From Eutreptiella sp. 'Long Island Sound 2002' (lineage: Eukaryota > Protista > Euglenida), in contig OZ038379.1 in the NCBI GenBank assembly GCA_964036045.1, forward strand, positions 22,630,001 through 22,694,000: a stretch of 64,000 nucleotides of DNA, given 5' to 3'. Shown in pieces: positions 51,420-62,296 of the stretch (position 1 is its first letter; each line of letters opens with the position of its first letter). Below the pieces are notes generated by a model that worked only from the letters and a program-made list of their open reading frames with translations, was not told where the DNA came from and made no database searches. The translations under genes were made by a program, and so were the position numbers.

Positions 51420-51501
51420 GGAGGATACCAAGAATAACCTGCGGAAGCAAGGCGATGATATCCGGAGAACCATCGGTGGAGTTCGAGAGACGAGTGCAGA
51501 G
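51420..51501 (+). CDS. VTI1: VTI1-like SNARE, exon 4 (zero-layer Q)
   Basis: CCTGCAG|G acceptor and GAG|GTGT donor; EDTKNNLRKQGDDIRRTIGGVRETSAE. Confidence 0.88.
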
Positions 51502-52319
51502 GTGTGCATGTGGGTACGTGGGCGCGTGCGTTGTGCGGTGTTTGGGGTCGCGTGCGTGGGCGCGCGCAGTGCGTGCGTGCGTGCGTTGTGTGTGTTCTGT
51601 GTGTGGGGGGGTACGGACGGCCCATAGAGGGGTATGGGGGCTGGCTTTACCTGGGGCTGGCAAGACAGCCTGTGTGGTGCTCCGGCTGTGCAGCGGCCGG
51701 GGCTCAGGTGTGCCCGGGATCATGGGGAGGAGTAAGGCATGCTGACCGGATGCTGACGAGGCTCCCGAGCGCGGCGGACTCCCCCCCCCCCCCCCTGTGG
51801 GTAGTCCTCTGTGCACCTTGGGTCAGACACCCGCCACAAACGCGTCAGACGCACCTGTTGTGGGGGGGGGGTTACTGGTGACCGGGAGTGGAGCCGGTGC
51901 CGGGGCGCTGACCCCCCCGTCGTGGAGCCTGGGGCGACACCCAGGTCAAACAAGACTGGGGTCCAGACGGAGGGGGCTATGAGGAGAGAGGCGCCGCTAT
52001 GATGCTTGAACGGGGCTGGCCCTTAGGGCCACCTCATCCGCACAGGCGATTCCGCTGGCGGGGGCGTCGGGCACCATGGGGATGTCGAGCGGTAGCGATG
52101 ATCGGCCGCATCTCCTCCTCCTCCCCCACCTCCTGTGTGTGGGTGTGCGCGCCTGCAGTGTGTGCGAGGACTGGCGAACGTTATTGAGAGCCGGTGTGCG
52201 ATTGGTGGGCCATCACGGTGCTCCTAGATGGGCTGTCTTACCCGGGCGGATGCATACCCAAATGCTGCAAACTGGCCGCAAGGACGTAGTGTCTGTCTGT
52301 CTGTCTATGCCGTCTGTAA

Positions 52320-52697
52320 CCCCCCCCCCCTTTAAAAGCCGGCACGTGCTTTTATTGTATTGCGTGCTTTTATTTTATTGCGTGCTTTTATTCTTTGCTG
52401 GCTTTTATTTTTACCATCCATGCTTTTGCTATGTTCTGAAGATGCTTAGTATGGATGCTTCTCTTGCAACTGTTGCTGAGGCTCGAGAATATGATGACTG
52501 CGTTGTTGATGATGCCTGGGCTGCAGAAACTGATCCATGGGAATCAGATGAAGGTGAGGATGAGAACCCTTATACTTCCAAAGATGGTGATTGTGGTGAT
52601 GCTGATGCTGCTGCTGAGATTGATTTATTGTGACACATTTAATAAACGCCGGCTTGTGTGCTTTTATTTCTGTTGCGTGCTTTTAAAAGGGGGGGGG
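52320..52697. mobile_element. piggyBac-like MITE in VTI1 intron
   Basis: TIRs (C)nTTTAAAAGC and GCTTTTAAAA(G)n; flanks GTAA and TTTA are each one mismatch from TTAA; internal acidic frame (WESDEGEDE..DGDCGDAD). Confidence 0.45.
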
Positions 52698-53210
52698 TTT
52701 ACTTCCCTTTGCGGTACTGTGTGTAGGGCTGTGAGTGCCTTATGCAGCAGCCCTTCCGTCTCTCTTCTCACCTCCTGTTGCCCGGCGTCAGCTATTCTGG
52801 CACAGGGGCAGGCACACACAGGTGTGCACGTGTCACGTCGTAGATGGTCCGGTCGTGCACCTAAGATAGCCACGCACTGCCTCAGGGCTTCGGACTGCTC
52901 TGCACTATTGAACGATCCTCCAAGCCCCAACAGTCGCAGGAAGGCGCTTGGGCTTCTGACATGGTTTTGGTCTGACATTCATCTGATGAGTATTGTGCAC
53001 TGAGAGTAATTGATTACCAGTGCCTGTTTACCGCGTTGATTGGTACGTGAGTGTGTGGGCGCGCGCGTGTGCATGGGTGAGTGGTCTGAGCGTGTGTGGT
53101 CGCGCAAACACACATGCGCACGCCCATGTGCACATCGGTACCACTGTCACGCGCGCACCCGTTGGCAGCGTCCGCCCGGCCCCTGCACCACCGCACAATG
53201 CCTCATGCAG

Positions 53211-53513
53211 GTGTCGAGGGCCCGCAAGATGTTGGGCATGCTCCAGCGCCGCAACCTCGTCAACAAGTTGATCATTTACGGCGTCATCGTGTTTCTGGTT
53301 TTGGTCATCCTCCTTGTGCTCTATGTCAAGCTCATCGCGCCCCTGTTCAGTCACAGCGGCGGCGCGATCCCCCAGCCCAGCCCGAACCCCGAAGCCCCTG
53401 TCCAGCAGTCTCCAACTCCATCTCCGTTGCCAGAAACTCAGGGGCCCACCGCACGCGTAGCTCAGCTTCGCACCGCTGCGTATCGCCGGGCTCGAATCCG
53501 TGGGCTGCACTGA
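53211..53513 (+). CDS. VTI1: VTI1-like SNARE, last exon (TM plus extended tail)
   Basis: ATGCAG|GTG acceptor; VSRARKMLGMLQRRNLVNK-LIIYGVIVFLVLVILLVLYV-K followed by ~60 aa; TGA at 53511-13. Confidence 0.92.
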   Translation: MSRARKMLGMLQRRNLVNKLIIYGVIVFLVLVILLVLYVKLIAPLFSHSGGAIPQPSPNPEAPVQQSPTPSPLPETQGPTARVAQLRTAAYRRARIRGLH

Positions 53514-53690
53514 CCCTGACATACTGCATACCTCATGCCCGGGACTTTGAGAGCGTTGGCAACTGAAACGCTCCGCTTCTCTGCAAAATCGCGAAATCCT
53601 CGCCGACCCGCTTTTTATTGTGTTGTGGTCGGGGTTGTGTTGTGGTCTCTGGCGGTATGTTGTGTCGTTCGATGTCATGATTTGTGTTAA

Positions 53691-53879
53691 GTTGTGTTGT
53701 GTTGTGTTGTGTTTCGTTGTGTTGTGTTGTGTTGTGTTGTGTTGTGTTGTGTTGTGTTGTGTTGTGTTGTGTTGTGTTGTGTTGTGTTGTGTTGTGTTGT
53801 GTTGTGTTGTGTTGTGTTGTGTTTTGTTGTGTTGTGTTGTGTTGTGTTGTGTTGTGTTGTGTTGTGTTGTGTTGTGTTG
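53691..53879. repeat. (TGTTG)n pentanucleotide microsatellite, ~38 units
   Basis: Visible directly. Confidence 0.97.
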
Positions 53880-54356
53880 ACCCCCACTGCTGCCCAGGGG
53901 CGCGTGACCTCACCGTGGTGTGGGGGTGAAACCGGGGGGGGGTCCCCCCCGGGCTAACACGCAATCTGGGGGGTGCCCTGGTCCAGCCGCGGCGGCCAGG
54001 GCGCGGGATCGCACGCCCCACCCCCCGCCGGCCACCGTGGGGGAGTCACGATGGCACAGGGCGGGCTCCACCGGGGGGTGGCGGTATGCAGGAGTAACCC
54101 GGGTCCCCCTGTGACCCAGCCCTCTCCAGGGCTCGTGTGCGATTCCCTACCCCAGCCCATGACCCCTTTGTTCTGCACAGGTACATCATGGGTGGGGAGC
54201 GCATCACATCCAGCGCCCGTCCGGGCCTGGGACGCAACCACTGTGGCCGCGTGACCTCGTTCTCTTAGCCGGACGCCTTGTTGGCTGGGATGCCAGTGGC
54301 GAGTTCGCTGCGGCATTCCCCACGGTGTCAAGGCACGGAGACGTCGTCACCGCGTG

Positions 54357-54787
54357 GGAAACCAGAGGACGTATGAACGAAGGGGAGGCCCCCCCATGCC
54401 ATCATGCAGTCGATTAACGTTGGAATATTCTGAAAGAAGGGGAGGCCCCCCGAGTTTATACCACGGGTAGCGCCAAGACAGGCGCTGCCAATATGAGAGT
54501 TTTATGAATTAAGGGGAGGCCCCCCGGTTTTTGTGCCGAGGAGGGGCGCCATCCCCTCCCGGCGAGGCGAAGTACGGCCTTTTGGAAACCTGAGGACATA
54601 TGAACGAAGGGGAGGCCCCCCCATGCCAGTCGTGCAGTCGTTTAACGTTGGAATATTCTGAAAGAAGGGGAGGTCCCCCGAGTCTCTGCCACGGGTAACG
54701 CCAAGTCAGGCGCTGCCGATATGAGAGTCTTATGAATTAAGGGGAGGCCCCCCGGTTATTGTGCCGAGGGGGGGCGCCATCCCCCCC
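54357..54787. repeat. 227-bp tandem duplication, each unit with three AAGGGGAGGCCCCC motifs
   Basis: GAGGAC(G/A)TATGAACGAAG at 54365 and 54592. Confidence 0.92.
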
Positions 54788-55607
54788 AGGACCCAGATGT
54801 GTATGTATCAAGTAAAGTAAGTACGTTACTGAAAGAACCACAGTATTGTATAATGTACGCCTCCGGCCAACAACCAGGGAGGGCCGGAGGTCCGGGTAAA
54901 AGCCCCGGACCCCCCAAAGGCAGCCCCAAAGGTGAGCGCACCACTGGAAGGGGCATGTCTGCGGGGTAAAAACATGCGCTGCGTAAACATCTAACGTAAT
55001 AAATAGTGCTTACTGCTAGAATTAATGCTTAAACGGGTAAATGCCCCCCCCCGGGGGCCAGTTTAGTGCGCACCCCCCAGAGCCGGACTCGACCGGCCGT
55101 GCTGAGGCGAGCCCTAACGGGTATGACAAGCCAGCTTAAGTGCTGGTAGCCGCGCCTCAGCACACTCCGCGGGCTTATAAGGCCCGCGGGGGCCCCAAAT
55201 ACCGTTTCGTTCGGGAGTTAAGCCCCGGCGGAATTTGGGGTTGTTCGTGGTTAAGAGGACTCACGTTGAGTCCCTGCTATTGTTACCCCGGGGTTATGAT
55301 CTCCGGTACTGCCTGTTTACTTGCCTGCTGCTGCTAAGAGATAGGAACGGGGTAGGACTACCCCCCCCCCCCCCCAACCCCCAAGCCGGCACGACGCCGG
55401 GGGACCCCCACTGCGGCCGCAAGGGCTACGCATGGGCGGCTCCTGGTTTCTGTCTAAGTGCAGAAAAAGTAGTTACCACGACCCCCCGAACCCCCGCGGG
55501 GTCTGTGGCACCCCGGTCCCCCGGGCCCCGCATGGGACGCGCGGGGACGGGGTCGGCCCGTAGGGGTCGAGGGGAACCTCCAAGGATTAATGCGGGCACA
55601 CGACACG

Positions 55608-58580
55608 CTCCTCCCCCACACAGCGGCGGTTACACCCGAGTCCCTCCGGTCCTTCTGGGCCGTGGAGGGATAGGGACGCCCCGTGGGGGTTTGGGGGCAC
55701 ACGAAGAGTTCCCCTCCCCACACAACGGCGGTTACACCCGGGTCCCTCCGGTCCTGCCTGGGCCGCGGAGGGAGAGGGGCGCCCCGTGGGGGTTTGGGGG
55801 CACACGAAGAACTCTCCCCCACACAGCGGCGGTTACACCCGAGTCCCTCCGGTCCTGCCTGGGCCGTGGAGGGATAGGGACGCCCCGTGGGGGTTTGCGG
55901 ACACACGTAGAATTTCCCCCCCCACACAGCGGCGGTTACACCCGAGTCCCCCCGATCCTTCTGGGCCGTTGAGGGATAGGGACGCCCTGTGGGGGTTTTG
56001 AGGACACACGCAGAACTCCCCCCCCGCACAGCGGCGGTTACACCCGAGTCCCTCCGGTCCTGCCTGGGCCGCGGCGGGATAGGGACGCTCCGTGGGGGTA
56101 TGGGGGCACACGAAGGAGTCCCTCCCCCACACAGCGGCGGTTACACCCGAGTCTCTCCGGTCCTGCCTGGGCCGCGGAGGGATAGGGACGCCCCGTGGGG
56201 GTATGGGGGCGCACGATGAAGCCCCCCCCCCACACAGCGGCGGTTACACCCGAGTCCCTCCGGTCCTGCCTGGGCCGCGGAGGGATAGGGACGCCCCGTG
56301 GGGGTTTGGGGGCGCACGATGAAGCCCCACCCCCACACAGCGGCGGTTACACCCGAGTCCCTCCGGTCCTGCCTGGGCCGTGGAGGGATAGGGACGCCCC
56401 GTGGGGGTTTGCGGACACACGTAGAATTTCCCCCCCCACACAGCGGCGGTTACACCCGAGTCCCCCCGATCCTTCAGGGCCGTTGAGGGATAGGGACGCC
56501 CTGTGGGGGTTTTGAGGACACACGCAGAACTCCCCCCCCACACAGCGGCGGTTACACCCGAGTCCCTCCGGTCCTGCCTGGGCTGCGGAGGGATAGGGAC
56601 GCCCCGTGGGGGTTTGGGGGCGCACGATGAAGCCCCACCCCCACACAGCGGCGGTTACACCCGAGTCTCTCCGGTCCTGCCTGGGCCGCGGAGGGATAGG
56701 GACGCCCCGTGGGGGTATGGGGGCGCACGATGAAGCCCCCCCCCCCACACAGCGGCGGTTACACCGGAGTCCCTCCGGTCCTGCCTGGGCCGCGGAGGGA
56801 TAGGGACGCCCCGTGGGGGTTTGGGGGCGCACGATGAAGCCCCACCCCCACACAGCGGCGGTTACACCCGAGTCCCTCCGGTCCTGCCCGGGCCGCGAAG
56901 GGATAGGGACGCCCCGTGGGGGTTTGGGGCCGCACGATGAAGCCCCACCCCCACACAGCGGCGATTACACCCGAGTCCCTCCGGTCCTGCCTGGGCTGCG
57001 GAGGGATAGGGACGCCCCGTGGGGGTTTGGGGGCGCACGATGAAGCCCCACCCCCACACAGCGGCGGCTACACCCGAGTCCCTCCGGTCCTGCCTGGGCC
57101 GCGGAGGGATAGGGACGCCCCGTGGGGGTATGGGGGCGCACGATGAAGCCCCACCCCCACACAGCGGCGGTTACACCCGAGTCTCTCCGGTCCTGCCTGG
57201 GCCGCGGAGGGATAGGGACGCCCCGTGGGGGTATGGGGGCACGCGAATGAGTCCCACCCCACACAGCGGCGGTTACACCCGAGTCTCTCCGGCACTGCCT
57301 GGGCCGCGGAGGGATAGGGACGCCCCGTGGGGGTTAGGGGACACACGAAGAGGTCCCTCCCCCACACAGCGGCGGTTACACCCGAGTCCCTCCGGTCCTG
57401 CCGGGGCCGCGGAGGGATAGGGACGCCCCGTGGGGGTATGGGGGCACGCGAATGAGTGCCTCCCCACACAGCGGCGGTTACACCCGAGTCTCTCCGGTCC
57501 TGCCTGGGCCGCGGAGGGATAGGGACGCCCCGTGGGGGTTTGGGGACACACGAAGAGGTCCCTCCCCCACACAGCGGCGGTTACACCCGAGTCTCTCCGG
57601 TCCGGCCTGGGCCGCGGAGGGATAGGGACGCCCCGTGGGGGTTTGGGGGCGCACGGAGAGGTTCCTCCCCCACACAGCGGCGGCTACACCCGAGTCCCTC
57701 CGGTCCTGCCTGGGCCGCGGAGGGATAGGGACGCCCCGAGGGGGTTCGGAGGCACACGGAGAGGCCTCCCCCCACACAGCGGCGGTTACACCCGAGTCCT
57801 TCCGGTCCTGACGGGGCCGCGGAGGGATAGGGACGCCCCGTGGGGGTCCGGGGGCACACCGAGGGGTCCTTCCCCCACACAGCGGCGGCTACACCCGAGT
57901 CCCTCCGGTCCTGCCTGGGCCGCGGGGGGATAGGGACGCCCCGGGTGGGTTTAGGGACACACGGGGAAGTATCCCCCCACACAGCGGCGGTTACACCCGA
58001 GTCCCTCCGGTCCCGCCCGGGCCGCGGAGGGATAGGGACGCCCCGTGGGGGTTTGGGTGGCACACGGGGAGGTCCCTCCCCCACACAGCGGCGGCCGCAC
58101 CCGAGTCCCTCCGGTCCTGCCTAGGCCGCGCGGGGATAGGGACGCCCCATGGGGGTTGTGAGGGCACACGGAGGGGTCCCCCCCCCGCACAACGGCGGTC
58201 ACACCCTGGTCCCTCCGGTCCTACCTAGACCGCGGAGGGATAGGGGCGCCCCAAGGGCCGAGGAAAGCACGCGAGGGGTCCCTCCCCACACAGCGGCGGT
58301 TACACCCGGGTCCCTCCAGTCCTGCCTGAACCGCGGAGGGATAGGGACGCCTTGTGGGGGTTTTTTGGCACACGGAGGGGTCCACCACCCACACAGCGGC
58401 GGGCACACTCGGGTCCCTCCGGTCCTGCCGGGGCCGCGGAGGGATAGGGACTCCCCGTGGGGGTTTGGGGGCTCTCTGAAAGGGCCTTCCCCCACACAAC
58501 GGCGGTTACACCCGAGTCCCCCCGGCCCTGCCTGGGCCGTGGAGGGATAGGGACGCCCTGTGGGGGGTTTTGAGGGCACT
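55608..58580 (+). repeat. Tandem array of 29 monomers of ~102.7 bp
   Basis: Core CAGCGGCGGTTACACCCGAGTCCCTCCGGTCCTGCCTGGGCCGCGGAGGGATAGGGACGCCCCGTGGGGGT counted 29 times from 55621 to 58497, with spacing 101-104. Confidence 0.97.
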
Positions 58581-58675
58581 CCCAACCTGCGTTCTGTCCT
58601 GCCGCCCTCCATCGCGGAGGGAGGGGTGCGGGGTGCTGAGATACCCCCGTCTTTGCAGGACACAGAGAACGCAAA

Positions 58676-61600
58676 ATGAGTGGCCCTGTCGACCTGGCTT
58701 TTCCCGGAGAACCCGACTACTGGGACTCCCCATTGCTGGATGCCATCCGGCAGGGGTCCTCGGCGGCGCACGGCCGCCTGAGGGATAGCTGGTCAGTGGC
58801 CAGCGACAAGGCGCTGCTACAGGCCGCCGCGGATTCCCTCCCGGAGGTCGCCCGAGGGCGCCCAGAGGAGGTGCCGGACGCCCTTCGCTGGGCCCGGCGC
58901 GTGGGGGTGATCACCGCCATTACGTCCATGGGGGTTATCTTGACTCCACGGGGGTTGTGCCTCACGGCCCAAACGGCCCAAACGGCCCACTGAGGTCTTG
59001 CCTCACATCTCCGGCACGGGGAACGAACTTTGGGCGGGATTAATGGTGTGGGCCTCCCGTCAAGTGGGAGGCGCCAGCGCGGGGGTACCGGTGACCCCGT
59101 TACCGAAGGGGTTACCTGAAATTCGGGATTGGCCCCTGGACGTCCTCCGGGGTGCCTTTGAAGCTTCCACCCTACCGATTACCACGGTGGAGGCACTGGG
59201 GGAGCTGCTAGGCGATATTACGCCATCTTGGGCCTCAGCCCCCGTTTTGGCGCTGCTTGCCTCTCGGGGCACCGAAGCCCCTCTCAACGCTGCGTCCTGG
59301 ACGCGGGTATCCTCCCGCACCGGGGGTGGTGCAGCCGCCGCGGACCTTCCCGTCCCGGCGGGCGCTGGGGCCTCGCCGGTTGTGGACGCAGACGCAGCCG
59401 GGGATGACGACCCCACGCAACCTTACGTGAACGTGGACGGTGTGGATCCAACGGTTTCCGACCCTTGGCGGTTGCTTGAGCCCTGTGCGGGGGCTACAAC
59501 CGGCGCGGCCCCTACCGCGGGGGGCGACGCGGTCCCTCGAGGGGCACATACCCCCGAGGGGGAATCCCCCTCCAACCCGACGGGGTCAGCCGCGAAATCA
59601 AATTTGGGGGTACCTCCATATATGAGTTCGACGCGGAATCCCCAATAGGGGAGCATGTGGAAGACTCTCCCACCCCACTGGCGATCCCGGGCCCTGCTGG
59701 CTCGGGTCTCGGGGGCGGCTCCATGCCGGCAGACCGCCGCACCACCCACGCAGTCGACAATCGGCATGCGCCGTCTGACGGGGGCTGCGCATTGCTGGCT
59801 GCCCATCGCGCGGCCCAGTCGGGGTTTCCCCCGCCCATCTCTAATACCCCTGAGATCCTTGCCGGGGGCTCTGCCGGGGGCTCACACGCGAGGCCGGTAC
59901 CTGCGACTCCGCAAGCGCCCGCGCCCGGGAGGGCCGGGGTGCATGTGTCTCTGGGTGACGGGACTGGCCTCCTGTGCCCACCTGGCACCGCGGCGGGCGT
60001 GCCCCACCGGGACGGCGTACCCGATAGGAGCCCGGGTGAACGTTGGTGCCCGGAGTCTGCGGGGGCAGGGGGTCGTCCCCCCATGGACGCGGGGCGCCGT
60101 CCCCCTCTGTGGGAGTCCCGTCTCTAGGACCTGGAGCGTGACCTGGAAGACGCCCAGGCCACGTGCCAGGCCCTGTCCTCCGAGCAGGATCGCCGCCTGC
60201 AGGAGCTGCAGCGGGTCCGTGCGGACCTGCACCGCTCCGAGGGGGAGTTGGCTTCCATGCGGCGTGACCACGCCACGGTCAGCGGGGAACTGGTGCGGCA
60301 GCGTTCCCGCACGAGGTCCCTCGAGGAGGAGGGCAGCAGCCTCCGCCGACAGCTCGCCGACGCCCAGCGGGCGGCACGCGATGTTGCGGGGGCGGTGGAC
60401 GAGCGCCTCAGCCGGCACCTCCCCGCCATCCTCGAGGCTGTGCAGATTGTTCGGGACGAGCACATCTCACAGCCCGCGGTGGAGCGGGCACTGCGGGGCT
60501 GGGTGCCCGCGGGGTACGGGCCGCCCTCCACGGCGAACTCGAATTTCCGGGAGATCTGCGCGACTCTGGTCTGCGCACCGGTCCTTCGGGTGGACCCCCC
60601 CCCGTCCCTGGAGCAGCTCTCTCGTCGGTTGCGGGTCCCGGTCCAGCCCGTCCTGCACTTCCCGACGGAGGCCGTGGGACAGGGACCACTGCTGGGGTTG
60701 TCCGCGGACACCCGCCCGATGGGCAGGGCCCCAACGCCGCACGAAGGGCCAGAGACCTCCCCGGCGGTCCGCTCTGCCGGCAAGCCCGTCGTCGCGGTCA
60801 CCCCCGGGAACCGCTCCGGGGGGGACACCACTCCCACTGCCGCGGATGCGGCCGGTGCGACAACCCCCACACCGGGGCGGGACGAACTCCGCGCCCTCTT
60901 GGTGTACCTCAATGAGGTACCACCGGACTCGCAGACTGGGGAGGCCCAAAAGCTTCATCTGCACCTGGCTACCAGGCTGGACCTCCCCCCGGAGTTCCCC
61001 CAAAGCAACCTACGGGCCCAGCATACGGCCCTGGGCAGGCTCCTGCCCACGCGGCCCGAGTTGGGCCACCTGGTTGGGGAGTTTGTCCGGGACCGCCGAG
61101 CGGAGCCCTCCGGATCGCAGACCCCGGCCCCTGACTCTCAGGGGGCGGCCAAGGTAGCGGCAGCGTCCCGGGCCAACCAGGCCGGAGGGAGCGGCAAATC
61201 CCCCGGCAGGGGCAAAGGCGGCTCGGACTACGACACGTACTCCGTGGCCGTCATGGTCCGGTGGCGCGTCAACCCGCGCGACGCCCCGGAGGCCATCTAC
61301 CCCCTGTCCCCGGGGCGGCTGGGCATGGTCTTGAAGAAGGCCTTCGGGGACTTCCGTGTGTCCTATATCAAGGACGAAGGGCAGCTCTGCCACACAGAGG
61401 ATGGGGGTTGGGCACTCGTGGGCGTGCGGCCCGAGGCCGCCTCCGCCTTGGAGGGGGGCGGAGGCGACGCCGACAAGCAGTTCACCTACGAGTGGGCCAA
61501 GGCCAACAAACAACCGTATTCTGGTGGGCTGCTGCGGGCCCACCACGTGGAAAAGAGCAATGCCGTGCTCCAGCGGATGCGTACTGGGGACCTTATGGCA

Positions 61601-62296
61601 GGGCCCAAAGGCTTGATCCGGGCTCGTGATCGGGACGGGGCCGGGGACGAGGGTCGGAAGCGGCGCCGGTCCCCCTCCTGGTCCCCCCCGCGGGCCTCCC
61701 ATCGGTCGGAGGGAGACTACACCCCGTGACGGGGGAGCAGATACCCCTCACCGGAGGACGATTACCGCCGAGGAGGCTCGCGGCATACTCCCCAGTCGGT
61801 GGGGGGCCCGTGGGATGGGCGCTACGATTACCGTGCGCCGTCGCGGAGTGAGCAACCTCGCCAGCCACCACAATGGCTCCCCCGGGACGACGGCTGGGGA
61901 CAGGACTACCGGTCGTACGACCCCCCCACGAGTTATGGGGAACGCTCCCCCTACCCTCGACCGGAGATGCACCCCATGGCTCCACCGCATCAGGCGGCGG
62001 TGGCCAGCCCTCCGACCACCGCCGGCTGGGGAGCGCCGCCCATGGATCCCCGCTACCCGGGGGACGGCCGGGCGCCCCACTACGGGGCGGCCATGCCCCC
62101 GCAGGGGATGAGCGTCCCACAGGCGCCGTATCAGCACCAGCCATACGGGCCGCCGGCCCCGACCGCGGACGCGACAGCGCCCCCCTCGGGGTACGCGGGG
62201 CCCTGGTACGGGGAACCAGTCCCAGCTCCCGCTGCCACAGCCCCGCCCGGCCCGGTGAACCCGGTGGCGCCCCCCACGTGGGGACCCAGCCCGTAA
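58676..62296 (+). pseudogene. LINE ORF1 (gag-like, coiled coil plus RS/Pro-rich), disrupted
   Basis: 59657-62296 is one frame broken only by TAG at 60125 (ESRL*DLERDLEDAQ) and TGA at 61727 (YTP*RGSRY). Upstream pieces 58676-58993 and 58998-59648 join through single-base shifts near G runs. Heptad-rich segment at about 60120-60420. Confidence 0.7.

Noticed and set aside
53455-53505. tRNA-like A and B boxes (TAGCTCAGC...GGCTCGAATCC) in the VTI1 last exon
   Set aside because: Box spacing of ~32 nt is too short for a tRNA and there are no supporting stems; likely chance.
53533-54021. (TTQHN)n and (VVLCC)n ORFs
   Set aside because: Translations of the (TGTTG)n microsatellite.
55608-58580. Array as a CRISPR locus (constant repeat plus variable spacer)
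   Set aside because: The variable parts are clearly homologous to each other, the repeat is ~75 nt, there are no cas genes and the context is eukaryotic.
55235-58771. Dozens of ORFs on both strands across the array
   Set aside because: The 101-104 bp period shifts frame in nearly every unit; these are products of GC-rich repeats.
59655-61157. 500-aa Arg/Pro/Ser-rich ORF and antisense ORFs over ORF1
   Set aside because: They are shadow frames of GC-rich coding DNA; the adjacent frame has the coiled coil and continuity.
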